DNA from: an uncultured Bdellovibrio sp.
GTDB taxonomy: Bacteria > Bdellovibrionota > Bdellovibrionia > Bdellovibrionales > Bdellovibrionaceae
NCBI GenBank assembly: GCA_963932905.1
Contig: CAWVRN010000021.1
Location: 1 to 64,000 of the forward strand
DNA: 64,000 nt
Reading direction: 5' to 3'
The notes below the pieces were generated by a model. The model saw only the letters and a list, made by a program, of their open reading frames with translations, was not told the DNA's origin and searched no databases. How positions within the stretch are numbered: the first letter of the stretch is position 1; each line of letters starts with the position of its first letter. Made by a program: the position numbers and the translations under genes. This document shows, in pieces, positions 10,040 to 20,468 of the stretch.

Positions 10040-10368
10040 TAGACGCGCACTATTTTTGGACCATTATCGTGTGTCTAGCACTGGGAACAATTTCAATTCG
10101 AATTTCTATTATTGCGGTCTCAGGACGAATTCAAATTTCTGAAAGGGCGAGAGAATTATTTTCATACATTCCAGCGGCTATCCTGCCAGCATTTTTTGCA
10201 CCGGCCGTCTTTTATCATCAGGGTCAGGTAAGTTGGCTTCTAGGCAGAGAACGACTTTTTGTTTTATTGCTAGCGATTTTAGTTTGTTTGAAAACTCGAA
10301 GTACGGTTGTTACGATTGTTTTTGGAATTGTGGCTTTATATTCAATCGCTCATTTAACGGGAGGTTAG
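10036..10368 (+). CDS. azlD: AzlD family protein
   Basis: Small hydrophobic protein; YIPAAILPA; ATGA overlap with azlC. Confidence 0.82.
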   Translation: MIDAHYFWTIIVCLALGTISIRISIIAVSGRIQISERARELFSYIPAAILPAFFAPAVFYHQGQVSWLLGRERLFVLLLAILVCLKTRSTVVTIVFGIVALYSIAHLTGG

Positions 10369-10372
10369 TAGA

Positions 10373-10966
10373 ATGAAAATGATGACGACTATATTTTTAG
10401 TTTTTTGTTTGAATCATTTTTCGTTTGCCGATTTTCCTTTGGAAAAAAAAGCAAAAGTCGACCTATCTGGGAATTGGATAACGGAATGTAGTCCATTAAG
10501 TAGCCGCTCATTTAAAGCAAGAATACACCTTCAAAGCGCCATCGAAAATGTAGAATTTAAACTATTTGAAGATGCTAAATGCCAAGAGCATTCTTTAACG
10601 GTCAACTACGAAGCGAGTTATATCACGGGTGCTAAATTTGGTGAAGGAAAGAAATTTAATAGTACTCCATCAAAGGTTCAAATGACGGTGCACTTACCTG
10701 CGGTGTTAGATCAGTTTAACAAAGATGATTCCAAAGATGGATGTGGAATTAGAAATTGGAAATTGAATGTGGCTCAGAATGTTTCCGGAAAATTTTGTGG
10801 ACCGTTTAAGATGCCTATGATCGGAAAAGTCGTTTACGATATTTACAAATTGAATTTGAATTCGTTAGTTTTTGGTGGCCTGCCTACTAAGTGGGATATG
10901 TCGGATCCCAGCGTCAGACCTAACAAACTTTCTAAAGTGGAATTTTGGATAGACAAAAATAAATAG
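10373..10966 (+). CDS. Hypothetical secreted protein
   Basis: Signal peptide; LSGNWITEC start typical of small beta-barrel folds; four Cys in the mature part. Confidence 0.6.
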   Translation: MKMMTTIFLVFCLNHFSFADFPLEKKAKVDLSGNWITECSPLSSRSFKARIHLQSAIENVEFKLFEDAKCQEHSLTVNYEASYITGAKFGEGKKFNSTPSKVQMTVHLPAVLDQFNKDDSKDGCGIRNWKLNVAQNVSGKFCGPFKMPMIGKVVYDIYKLNLNSLVFGGLPTKWDMSDPSVRPNKLSKVEFWIDKNK

Positions 10967-11045
10967 TAGGCAGCCAGATTGCATCTCTCAATTTTAGACG
11001 GACTTATTTGTAAGTCCGTACTTGTCGATTGTGGAGATGCATTTT

Positions 11046-12029
11046 ATGAAGCTGATGTACGACAAAACAAAACGCAAATTATTTAGCTTAGGTAGTTTGG
11101 CAATTCTGGGAGTATTCTTTTTAAATTGCAATGGCAATGAAAGCTCGTCAAACTCGCCCGATGAGGTTAAGACGTTGGGGACGCCCAATCAGGGCGGTGT
11201 GGGGAATCTAATTTACCGAAATAGTAAAACCGGTGCTGTATATAGTTTTGCTAAATCATCAAACATTGAATTTGACCCCGGTGAATCGCCGTTGTCTGGA
11301 GTTGGCATTGGTGCCTCGCGCACGGGGCAATTAGTGACAGCACAAAAGGGGGATCGCGAAGGGCAAGACTTTTTCATCGCGATATACAACAGTGCTGGGC
11401 AACAAGTGCGTCGCATACCCATAAAACGGTTTTTCTCAAAAATCACGAGTGCTTTCAATTTTAGTCCAGATGAAAAAAAATTGGCGTTTTCGGTGGATGA
11501 AAAAGTATCGCAGACCAATTCACAGCGGATCAAACGTGTTCTAATTTTAAATTTAGAACATGAATCCGTAGCGGCGCAGATCGACGACTTTGAATTTCCA
11601 ATCTGGATTCAGAATAGTGGTGAACTCGTGGCGCGCCAGGTACGTTCTGGCCAAATACATTTGTTTGACCTTGACTTGATGAATACGGGCCCTGTTGGTA
11701 GCTTTGCGGTGTTAAATCGAATTGCTAGTTATGACGTCTCATCGGATGGTCGATTTATAGTTTGGGAAGACAAACAGCTAATTTATGCACTTGATCGTAG
11801 TTCAGGGGTTAAATGGACTGCGGTCGAAGATCGGCATAATGTCGTATATGCTCCATTATTTGCACCCAATGGGCGCTTGTTGGCTCTTCATGCTAAAAAC
11901 GGAGACGCGTACAGTCCCCATATTGTCCCATTTGTTGTAGGCAATACGGTCAATTTGGAATCAGCTATTCATGCTTTAAACAACAATTCAATAACAGATT
12001 CATTCGGGCGGATGGGTTGGTTTGAATAA
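11046..12029 (+). CDS. Putative beta-propeller (TolB/WD40-like) lipoprotein
   Basis: Lipobox FFLNC; FSPDEKKLAFS, VSSDGRFIVW and FAPNGRLLAL blades; GGAG RBS before ATG 11046. Confidence 0.7.
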   Translation: MKLMYDKTKRKLFSLGSLAILGVFFLNCNGNESSSNSPDEVKTLGTPNQGGVGNLIYRNSKTGAVYSFAKSSNIEFDPGESPLSGVGIGASRTGQLVTAQKGDREGQDFFIAIYNSAGQQVRRIPIKRFFSKITSAFNFSPDEKKLAFSVDEKVSQTNSQRIKRVLILNLEHESVAAQIDDFEFPIWIQNSGELVARQVRSGQIHLFDLDLMNTGPVGSFAVLNRIASYDVSSDGRFIVWEDKQLIYALDRSSGVKWTAVEDRHNVVYAPLFAPNGRLLALHAKNGDAYSPHIVPFVVGNTVNLESAIHALNNNSITDSFGRMGWFE

Positions 12030-12143
12030 GGACAAATTTTGCCTATGTGCATGATTAATTACAAATTTTTGGATGAGATGCGCCTCATTTTATTTCCTGA
12101 TTTTTTGGTTGCTCGATCACCGGGCACTTGCTATCCAATTTAA

Positions 12144-13655
12144 ATGACTAAAAATAATTTAAATCAAAAAAAATCAATCACGGGTTCAGATAAAAATTCT
12201 AGCATTGAGAAAAAGGCACTGGTTGTCTTATTGGTTATTTTCGTTGCTGTCTTATTCGGTGCGTGGGGATACGCAATGAAGTTAAGACAAACGGTCATTG
12301 CTAATAATGCGACAAGCGCTGTCGATGTAGGTTCATTAATCGAAATCGAGCGCATGCGTAACTTGGCTGAAACACAAATTTCTAACAGCCGTTCATTTTT
12401 TCTTTTAGGCTCAAAAGTTCTTTACGATAAATCAAAACAAGATAAACAAAATTTGATGGAAGCGCTTTCTAACTTTCAGAAAAAATATTCCCTGCCTCAG
12501 ATTCCTGAAATCGCTCGTCGATTTGATACAATTCAAAATCAACTTCAGGATTTCTTTGAACAAGGTATGGAATTCAGAGAAAAACAGACAGAATCAAAAA
12601 TAGTTGGACAATTCTATCAATCGAAATCATCTCCATTGTTAAAACAGATGAACGACAATCTGGACGAGATGAAAAATCTACATTCGGCAGAAATCAATCG
12701 TGTTCAAGCGGAATCACGTGCCGCTGCTTTGGGTGTTGAAAGAAAAATTCCAGAAGGAATGACAGTGTTGACGGCACTACTTGCCGCGATCTTTTTAGGG
12801 ATGTCGGTGCTGGTAGTTAAAGTATTAAGCGAACGTCGTCGTCAACTAGCGGAACGCGATCGCCTTGTTAACGAAGCGAAAAATGCGACTCAGGCGCGTG
12901 ACGAATTTATTTCGGCTATCAAACATGACTTTAAAGAACCATTAGAACACTTAAATCAAATTGCTGAAATTCTAACTAACTTTTCAGAATCAAGCCCCAT
13001 TCAGGACAGTGGTGAATTAGTTAAAACAGCCGTCGCTGAAATTGAAACATTGATCAAAGACATCTGCGATCAAAAAATGGCGGATCAAAATGGTTTAACA
13101 CTGCGTTTAGATCAAATGGGTGTGGATGATGTACTTGATGATGCACGAGTCATGATGCAACCGCTAGCGAAGCAGAAAGGGATTCGATTGCAGTTTGAAT
13201 CTGCGAATCCTCCGGTACTAGCTTTCATGGATAAAGAACGTGTACTGCGTGTTTTAGCAAACCTTCTTGGAAACGCTATTAAATTTAGTCCGCGAAATAG
13301 CAAAGTAACGGTTAAAGTTCGCGGTGATCAGCAGTTCGTAAATATATCCGTATCAGATAATGGCCCGGGTATTCCTGAAAGCAAAATTCCAAGTTTATTC
13401 ACTCAATTTTGGCAATCACGTAAAACTGCAGAACAAGGTGCAGGGATTGGCTTAGCGATTGTGAAAACAATCATCGAGGCCCATGGGGGAACAGTTAAAG
13501 TCGACAGCCATAGTGGATCGGGAAGTACGTTTACGTTCTCGCTTCCGAAACGTCGTCCAGCTGGTGCCGAACTAAAAAAAGCAGCACCGATTCGTTATAC
13601 AACGAAATCAAGAACTCAGTCAGATATCTTCGCAGAAGGACCTGCCCCGCTATAA
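12144..13655 (+). CDS. Membrane sensor histidine kinase
   Basis: Two TMs with a periplasmic helical domain; H-box KHDFKEPL; NLLGNAIKF, DNGPGI and GIGLAI. Confidence 0.9.
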   Translation: MTKNNLNQKKSITGSDKNSSIEKKALVVLLVIFVAVLFGAWGYAMKLRQTVIANNATSAVDVGSLIEIERMRNLAETQISNSRSFFLLGSKVLYDKSKQDKQNLMEALSNFQKKYSLPQIPEIARRFDTIQNQLQDFFEQGMEFREKQTESKIVGQFYQSKSSPLLKQMNDNLDEMKNLHSAEINRVQAESRAAALGVERKIPEGMTVLTALLAAIFLGMSVLVVKVLSERRRQLAERDRLVNEAKNATQARDEFISAIKHDFKEPLEHLNQIAEILTNFSESSPIQDSGELVKTAVAEIETLIKDICDQKMADQNGLTLRLDQMGVDDVLDDARVMMQPLAKQKGIRLQFESANPPVLAFMDKERVLRVLANLLGNAIKFSPRNSKVTVKVRGDQQFVNISVSDNGPGIPESKIPSLFTQFWQSRKTAEQGAGIGLAIVKTIIEAHGGTVKVDSHSGSGSTFTFSLPKRRPAGAELKKAAPIRYTTKSRTQSDIFAEGPAPL

Positions 13656-13656
13656 A

Positions 13657-16392
13657 TTAGCTGGGCAGTTCGGAAAGTAACTGAATTAAATTATTCTTAT
13701 CAATGGGCTTTGTGACATGCTCATTAAAGCCGTTTTCTAAACAGCGCTTGCGTTCTTCTTTCATCGCGTGAGCCGTCAAAGCAACAATAGGTCGAACGAA
13801 ACCTCGTTTGCGTAGTTCACGAGTCGCTTCGTATCCATCCATTTCTGGCATTTGAAGATCCATCAATACCGTATTTACATTTTCGCCAAGTGCCTTGTGA
13901 ATTCCCTCACGTCCGTTACTCGCGGTCAAGACTTCGGCGCCAGCCATTTTCAAAATCCATTTTATTAAAGCTACATTGTCAGGGCTGTCGTCAACAACAA
14001 GGATTGTTTTTCCAGCTAACTCGGATTGTTTGCCTAAACTATTGGAAACGGCAATTTTAACGGCTGCTTTCTGAGTATCAATGGCAGGCGATAAAAATTT
14101 ATCGTCAGACTGTCCATGTTCGATTGTAACCGAGAATGTACTGCCTTTCCCTAACTGGCTGGCCACCAGTTGAACATCGCCACCCATTGCATTCGCTAAT
14201 TTTTTTGAAAGTACAAGCCCTAAACCAGTGCCTCCAAATTTACGAGTCGTGGTAACGTCGGCTTGGGTGAATGGCGAAAATAATCGTTCAGCATGTTCTG
14301 CGGCAATGCCCGTTCCGGTGTCTTGAATTGAAAATTCGATTTTTGTTGGGTCAGCAGCACGAGCAATTTTTAACTTCACTGTACCTTTTTGGGTGAATTT
14401 GATCGCGTTGCCAACGATGTTGAATAAAATTTGCCGCAAGCGCGTGGGATCTGTTTTGATTGTAGACGGAATCGAGCCCTCGACGGTGACATTTAATTGA
14501 ATTCCTTTTCCCGCGGCTTCCATATTCAACAGCGTAGTGATGTCATTCACAGTTTCCATCAAATTCACGGCAACGCGTTCAATTTCCATTTTGCCCGCTT
14601 CCACTTTAGATAGATCCAAAATATCGTTGATAATAGTAGAAAGAAGGCGGCCGTTTCTTTTAATGATTTCGATTGTCTTGGAGCGGTCCGAAGCAGACAT
14701 ATTATCATCCGCTAGTAGCTCTGAAAAACCAATGACCGCACCTAGAGGCGTTCTAATTTCGTGAGACATATTAGCTAGGAATGCGCTTTTGGTTTCGTTG
14801 GCAACTTCGGCTTCGATTTTTGCTGCTTTTAGTTCTTCTTGGATACGCTTGTAATTGGAAACGTCGGAGGCCAGAACAATAAATCCTTCGGTTTCACTAT
14901 TTTCATCAAATTCAGGAACAATAGTAATATTCAAAATTGATTGACGATTTCCACTGCGTGAATTGCGTTCGTAGGTAACTGTCTCGCCGGATAGGGCCCT
15001 GTCTATATAGGGTTTGTTATCTGGATAGCGGTCTTCGCCTAAAACAGAACGAAAGTTTTCTTTGATTATTTCATCCTGGCTGCGTTGAAACCAATCACAA
15101 AAGAAATTATTTGCAAATAAAAACCGTTCGTTTTTGTCCAGCTGAGCTACCATAACGGGCATCGAGTTAGTGATGATGCGTAACTGCGATTCGCGTTCTT
15201 GCAATTCCAACGTACGTTCACGAACACGTTTCTCAAGTTCTTCGTTATTTATGCGGGATCGTTCCGCTGAATTTTTAAATTCGGTAATGTCGCGAATAAC
15301 TTTGGAATAACCAGTTAATTTACCTTCTATATCAAGCAAAGGATCAAGTACGATGTTCGCCCAAAACGTTGAACCATCTTTTTTCTTACGTATAGCTTCA
15401 CCTTCGAAATGCCCATCGCGGATAGCTGTGGCAAGTTCGATGTCGGCTGCATCGGCAGATTCGTCTTTTGTGTATAACGTGGAAACATGTTTTCCAACGA
15501 TGTCGCTCAGCTTGTAACCCGTGATTCGCTCGGCTCCGCGATTCCAAGTTGTAATGAAACCTTTTGGATCCAGCATGAAGATGGCGTAGTCTTTTACGGC
15601 TTCAACTAAAACACGATATTTTTCCTCCGTACTGCCAATAATATTTTCACTTTTTTGCTGTTGACTTGCCAAGATCCGTTGGCCAATGGAGCCGACCAGC
15701 GCGATACCTAAAACCAAAAGTGTAGTTGAAATTGTCGCCATCGTTAGGCTGGTCGTTACAAGTAGATCCGATTCGTTAACTACGGCCGCATGATCATGAA
15801 TAAATGTGGCCGCCAACATACCTGTGTAGTGCATTCCCGCAATAGCAAAACCCATTATTGTACTTGCTAGTAAAAGTTGAAAGAAACGGTCTGGAGTATA
15901 TCTTAAACGAACCGATATGCTTAGCGCTCCGTAAGACGCGGCAACGGCAATGGCAACGGAAAGCACAACCAAAGCATAGTTCCATTCGATTCGAGCCGGC
16001 ATACGCATGGAATACATACCGATATAGTGCATTCCACAAATGGCAGCAGCCATTGAAATTCCACCCCAAATCAAGTATCGAGGTTGAACTGTGGGGCGAC
16101 TAACGACGTACAATGCTAGTAAGCTACCAATGATAGCAACAATTACGGAAAGGATCATCAGCGGAATATCGTAACCCATTTCCATACCCGGCATTTCAAA
16201 AGCCTGCATTCCAATAAAGTGCATGCTCCAAATGCCAATCCCCATCGCTAATGATCCCCCGAAAAGCCATGCTAATTGAGTCCTTCCGGTAGCTTGAGTA
16301 ATACTGTAGGCTAAATTCAGAGCTGCATAGGATGCCAAGATAGCAACGCCGATGGACAGTAGAATGAGGTAGGGATTGTAAACGATTTCCAT
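13657..16392 (-). CDS. MHYT-PAS-PAS hybrid histidine kinase with receiver domain
   Basis: MHFIGM/MHYIGM/MHYTGM motifs, two PAS domains, SHEIRTPL, GTGLGL, receiver VDD...MDLQMP; start 16392 or 16419. Confidence 0.93.
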   Translation of the reverse strand: MEIVYNPYLILLSIGVAILASYAALNLAYSITQATGRTQLAWLFGGSLAMGIGIWSMHFIGMQAFEMPGMEMGYDIPLMILSVIVAIIGSLLALYVVSRPTVQPRYLIWGGISMAAAICGMHYIGMYSMRMPARIEWNYALVVLSVAIAVAASYGALSISVRLRYTPDRFFQLLLASTIMGFAIAGMHYTGMLAATFIHDHAAVVNESDLLVTTSLTMATISTTLLVLGIALVGSIGQRILASQQQKSENIIGSTEEKYRVLVEAVKDYAIFMLDPKGFITTWNRGAERITGYKLSDIVGKHVSTLYTKDESADAADIELATAIRDGHFEGEAIRKKKDGSTFWANIVLDPLLDIEGKLTGYSKVIRDITEFKNSAERSRINNEELEKRVRERTLELQERESQLRIITNSMPVMVAQLDKNERFLFANNFFCDWFQRSQDEIIKENFRSVLGEDRYPDNKPYIDRALSGETVTYERNSRSGNRQSILNITIVPEFDENSETEGFIVLASDVSNYKRIQEELKAAKIEAEVANETKSAFLANMSHEIRTPLGAVIGFSELLADDNMSASDRSKTIEIIKRNGRLLSTIINDILDLSKVEAGKMEIERVAVNLMETVNDITTLLNMEAAGKGIQLNVTVEGSIPSTIKTDPTRLRQILFNIVGNAIKFTQKGTVKLKIARAADPTKIEFSIQDTGTGIAAEHAERLFSPFTQADVTTTRKFGGTGLGLVLSKKLANAMGGDVQLVASQLGKGSTFSVTIEHGQSDDKFLSPAIDTQKAAVKIAVSNSLGKQSELAGKTILVVDDSPDNVALIKWILKMAGAEVLTASNGREGIHKALGENVNTVLMDLQMPEMDGYEATRELRKRGFVRPIVALTAHAMKEERKRCLENGFNEHVTKPIDKNNLIQLLSELPS

Positions 16393-16528
16393 TTCTAGGC
16401 AGACCGTACCATAGTTCAATTTAAATTTCTGCTAATTTTTTAGACCTTTAAAAGACTTTTTGTAGTTATTTTTATATAAATGACTCGAACTGAATTGCCG
16501 GTATAAAAGAATGGAAGGAGATACTTCA

Positions 16529-17176
16529 ATGATTTTAGTTATCGGCAACAAGCGTTTATCAAGTTGGTCTTTGCGACCTTGGTTAGTAGCGACCCATTTT
16601 GAAATTCCATTTCAAGAGAAACTAATATTTTTAGATCAACCGACTACGACTAAAGAAATTATGGCATTTTCTCCGACAGGAAAAGTTCCTGCTCTGGTTG
16701 ATGAGGGGCAAGTGATTTGGGATTCTCTCGCGATCTGCGAATATCTAAATGACAAATTTCCACATAAAAATATGTGGCCAACTGATCTAAAGAAAAAAGC
16801 ATGGGCTAGATCCGTTGCTGCCGAAATGCATTCTGGTTTTCAAACAATGCGACAAGTGATGAGCCACGATTTACAGAAGCAACACACGGAGTTTAGTTCT
16901 GACGCCGCAAGCGAAGATATCAAGCGAGTAAAACAAATTTGGACAGAGTGTTTAATAAGATGGGGTGGTCCATTTTTGTTTGGCTCTTCTTTCACAATTG
17001 CTGATGCGATGTACGCGCCAGTAGTAAATAGATTTGTATCCTACGCAGTTCCAATTGATCCAGTGACCGAATCAAGCGTCGGCAAATACATAAAAAAAAT
17101 TCGTGAATTACCGGCTCATCAGAAATGGATTCAAGCTGGTTTGAAAGAAACCGTTGAAGCGCCCTTTCACCCTTAA
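16529..17176 (+). CDS. Glutathione S-transferase family protein
   Basis: SSWSLRPWL, SPTGKVP, WDSLAICEY and AEMHSGF; AGGAG RBS before ATG 16529. Confidence 0.92.
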   Translation: MILVIGNKRLSSWSLRPWLVATHFEIPFQEKLIFLDQPTTTKEIMAFSPTGKVPALVDEGQVIWDSLAICEYLNDKFPHKNMWPTDLKKKAWARSVAAEMHSGFQTMRQVMSHDLQKQHTEFSSDAASEDIKRVKQIWTECLIRWGGPFLFGSSFTIADAMYAPVVNRFVSYAVPIDPVTESSVGKYIKKIRELPAHQKWIQAGLKETVEAPFHP

Positions 17177-17282
17177 AATCGTTTAAGGAACTAGCCAATT
17201 AGGCATGTGATTTTCAATCATTCGCATTTAAAAACTGTGGAAGCGGTTTTAGATCGTATTTACTGTCCGCAAGAGTACGCCC

Positions 17283-17303
17283 TGCCATGCACTTCGCATG
17301 GCA
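17283..17303. terminator. Hairpin between convergent GST and DoxX genes
   Basis: TGCCATGC-ACTTC-GCATGGCA. Confidence 0.55.
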
Positions 17304-17317
17304 TAGACGCAGTCTGA

Positions 17318-17761
17318 TTATTTAGATAATGCTTTATCTGCAGATAAGTTTCCCGCACCGGTAATCATCAAACTAACTGACAGACCGATAGCTAATATGA
17401 AGTATTCGATACCCTCGCCTTTTTGATTTCCAAACCAGTTCATGAAAAAGCCGTGTTGTGCATGAACGGTTAAGGCTGCGACCAGCATAGTAAAACCGAC
17501 CCCAAAGGCGGCGACGCGAGTTAATAACCCCGTTATTAAACCTAAGGCCCCAAAAAATTCAGCGATAATAGGTAGAAGAGCAATCACATACGGCATGCCT
17601 TGAGATGTAAAAAAGTCCATTGTTCCTGTAAAGCCATAGCCACCATACCATCCGAGTAGTTTCTGAGCTCCGTGAGGGAACATAGTAACTCCCAAAGCAA
17701 CGCGGGCAATAAGTGGTCCATAAGAGTCATTTGTTTTCATTAGTTTCTTTAGAGCGCTCAT
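17318..17761 (-). CDS. DoxX family membrane protein
   Basis: FPHGAQKLLGWYGG, GFFMNWFG and GEGIEY motifs. Confidence 0.92.
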   Translation of the reverse strand: MSALKKLMKTNDSYGPLIARVALGVTMFPHGAQKLLGWYGGYGFTGTMDFFTSQGMPYVIALLPIIAEFFGALGLITGLLTRVAAFGVGFTMLVAALTVHAQHGFFMNWFGNQKGEGIEYFILAIGLSVSLMITGAGNLSADKALSK

Positions 17762-17844
17762 AGTGATTACCTCCGTAATTCATTCTTTCATGACATAAGT
17801 ATGGCTTGAAAAACCTATTTGCAAAACTAGACAAAATTGGTAAT

Positions 17845-17868
17845 CATTTTTGCATATATGCAAAAATG
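17845..17868. promoter_or_regulatory. Perfect 24-bp palindrome, probable LysR-type operator
   Basis: CATTTTTGCATATATGCAAAAATG is its own reverse complement and lies between the divergent doxX and LysR genes. Confidence 0.65.
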
Positions 17869-17877
17869 GAGTAGGAA

Positions 17878-18789
17878 ATGGATTTAAATCTCTTGAATAC
17901 GTTTGTGGCGGTGGTTGAAGCGGGTTCAATGACTCAAGCCGCCCGCAGATTGAAACAGCCGATTTCCAGAGTCAGTCGTGCTTTAGGTCGACTTGAACGC
18001 GATTTAAATCAGCACCTTATTTTACGCACAACTCGGTCGTTTAAGATCACGACGGCTGGGCAAAAGTTATTTCGCGAAGTTCAACCGTTGATAAAAAAAA
18101 TCTCGGGTTTAGAACAATCGATCACTAGTGAAAGCGAAGAACTGACGGGGGTGGTGCGTATTACCGCACCAGCAGATTTTGCTCATACGATGTTGTCTTC
18201 CATAGTGACCGAGCTCAGTATCCTACATCCGGGATTGCAATTGGATCTAAACCTAACGGATGACTACGTCGATCTGGTTCGCACTGAAACTGATATCGGT
18301 ATCCGAGGTGGCAGGTTAAAAGATTCATCGCTGAAAGCAAAATATGTGGGTGAATCCATTTTTTCGTTTGTGGCTTCACCAAACTATATAGAAAAATTCG
18401 GCGCACCCAAAAAACCTGACGATTTATCTAAACACCGCTGTATTTATTCGCCTTTGGGTTCCAGCAGTCAGCGTAATGAATGGGTTGTAACAAATGGAAC
18501 ACGAACAGAGAAAATTCCATTAAAAGCGCAATGGAAAATTAATCACAAGGGTCTGTGTGCGACTCTATCAAAAGAGGGACTAGGAATTTCACTTCTGCCA
18601 TGGCCGATGGTGGCTCGCTATATTGAAAGCAAAGAACTAGTTCATATTCTACCAACATGGGGATTGGAATCCGCTCCGGTACATTTGGTTTTTCCACCGC
18701 AGAAAATAATGTCACGCAGGGTGCGTGAAGTTGCTAATTTTATAGAGGTAAAACTAAAGGAATTACTACCAAAGACAAAATACACCTAG
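17878..18789 (+). CDS. LysR family transcriptional regulator (CrgA-like)
   Basis: FVAVVEAGSMTQAARRL HTH, RTTR, substrate-binding domain. Confidence 0.93.
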   Translation: MDLNLLNTFVAVVEAGSMTQAARRLKQPISRVSRALGRLERDLNQHLILRTTRSFKITTAGQKLFREVQPLIKKISGLEQSITSESEELTGVVRITAPADFAHTMLSSIVTELSILHPGLQLDLNLTDDYVDLVRTETDIGIRGGRLKDSSLKAKYVGESIFSFVASPNYIEKFGAPKKPDDLSKHRCIYSPLGSSSQRNEWVVTNGTRTEKIPLKAQWKINHKGLCATLSKEGLGISLLPWPMVARYIESKELVHILPTWGLESAPVHLVFPPQKIMSRRVREVANFIEVKLKELLPKTKYT

Positions 18790-18903
18790 TTAACCCTTAA
18801 GCTGTGTCGTTTGACCATAAGTCTATATTTAAATGATTTATTCCAAATTTGATTGGACGTCGTCTTTATTTTTACATACCTTTTAGTATGTAAAGGAGGA
18901 TTT

Positions 18904-19788
18904 ATGCAGAAAATTTATCCATGTATCTGGCTTAATGACCGAGCTGATGAAGCCGCAAAGTTCTACGTATCGTTATTTGAAAAATCCAAAATAGTGTTTA
19001 CTTCGTTTTATGGAAAAGCAGGTGCCGAAATATCTGGACAAAAAGAAGGCTCGGTACTGACGGTGGATATGGAAATTGAGGGAATGCAAATACAACTTCT
19101 AAATGGAGGTCCACATTTCAAATTGAATCCATCCACGTCCATGTATGTTTGGTGTAAAACCGAAAAAGAAATAGATAAATTGTGGAAGCGCCTATCAGAT
19201 CAAGGGGCTGTGTTATTTGAATTGCAAAAATACCCCTGGGCAGAAAAGTATGGCTGGTGCACAGATCGCTTTGGCTTGTCTTGGCAGGTTATGATCGGTG
19301 ATGGACCAGCGAAAATCGCTCCCGCACTTTTATTTACTGGCAAAGCATTCGGCAAGGCGGAAAAGGCCGTGAATTTTTATTTGTCACAGTTCAAAAATTC
19401 AAAACTAGAATTCATGCACAAAGATCCAACTACAAATGCTGTATTACACTCGGTATTTAAATTGGATGGTGTTCCGTTTGTTCTGATGGAAGGACCTGCC
19501 AAGGGCAAAAGCGATATGACTCTTAATGGGGCCATGTCATTTGCAGTGAACTGCAAGGACCAGAAAGAGATTGATTTGTACTGGGAATCAATTAAACGTA
19601 AAGGAAGCCCAGAAAATTGTGGGTGGATCGAAGATGATTTCGGAGTTTCATGGCAAATAGTTCCAGCTGTTCTGTCAGAAATGTTAAAAAGTCCCGATAC
19701 TAAAAAAATCGAATCCATGATGAATGCTATGTTTAAAATGGAAAAATTAGAAATCGAAGTCCTAAAGACAGCGTTTGATAAAGGCTAA
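18904..19788 (+). CDS. Duplicated VOC / PhnB-like protein
   Basis: Two halves with AEAA.FY...LNGG...GW..D.FG.SWQ; AGGAGG RBS before 18904. Confidence 0.88.
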   Translation: MQKIYPCIWLNDRADEAAKFYVSLFEKSKIVFTSFYGKAGAEISGQKEGSVLTVDMEIEGMQIQLLNGGPHFKLNPSTSMYVWCKTEKEIDKLWKRLSDQGAVLFELQKYPWAEKYGWCTDRFGLSWQVMIGDGPAKIAPALLFTGKAFGKAEKAVNFYLSQFKNSKLEFMHKDPTTNAVLHSVFKLDGVPFVLMEGPAKGKSDMTLNGAMSFAVNCKDQKEIDLYWESIKRKGSPENCGWIEDDFGVSWQIVPAVLSEMLKSPDTKKIESMMNAMFKMEKLEIEVLKTAFDKG

Positions 19789-20468
19789 ACCAGCCTATAA
19801 CCGACACCAGGTTCTGTTAGTAGGTGCTTGGGGTCGGCCGGGTTTTTCTCGATTTTCTTTCTAAGTTGCTTAACATAGATGCGTAAATAGTGTGTTTCGT
19901 GTTCAGCTGTTACACCCCAAATTTGTTTCATCAATTGAGTTTGTGAAATGACTTTTCCTTGATCACGAACTAGTCGCGAAAGTAATTCGAATTCTGTTTT
20001 GGTCAGCTTAACTTGATTTCCTGCTATTGAAACTTGCTTTTGATTTATATCGACTTTCAAATCGCCTGATTCAAAAACAGGGGTAGCCTCGGCAAGGCCA
20101 TGATGGCGGAGGCCCACGCGAACTCGCGCAAGTAATTCAGACGGACCAAAAGGTTTAGTTAAATAATCATCGGCACCGGCATCAAGCAGTCGCACTTTTG
20201 TTCCTTCGTCATCCTTCACTGTTAAAATTACGATCGGAATAGTTGTCCAAGTTCTAAGTTCCCTTAAAACTTGAATGCCGTCCATATCTGGTAAGCCTAA
20301 ATCCAAAATAATTAGATGAGGATGAAATGTTTTTGTTTTCTCGATGCCTTCTTGACCGGTACTGGCTTCCGCGACTGTGTAACTTTGGGATTTCAAATTG
20401 ATTCCTAAAGCAGCACGAATAGTAGCCTCATCGTCTATCAACAGCACTCTGAGTTCGCTATTAGTCAT
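19785..20468 (-). CDS. kdpE: Response regulator KdpE
   Basis: OmpR-type receiver plus wHTH, THYLRIYVKQLRKKIE..P..P.HLLTEPGVGY; follows kdpD. Confidence 0.93.
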   Translation of the reverse strand: MTNSELRVLLIDDEATIRAALGINLKSQSYTVAEASTGQEGIEKTKTFHPHLIILDLGLPDMDGIQVLRELRTWTTIPIVILTVKDDEGTKVRLLDAGADDYLTKPFGPSELLARVRVGLRHHGLAEATPVFESGDLKVDINQKQVSIAGNQVKLTKTEFELLSRLVRDQGKVISQTQLMKQIWGVTAEHETHYLRIYVKQLRKKIEKNPADPKHLLTEPGVGYRLV

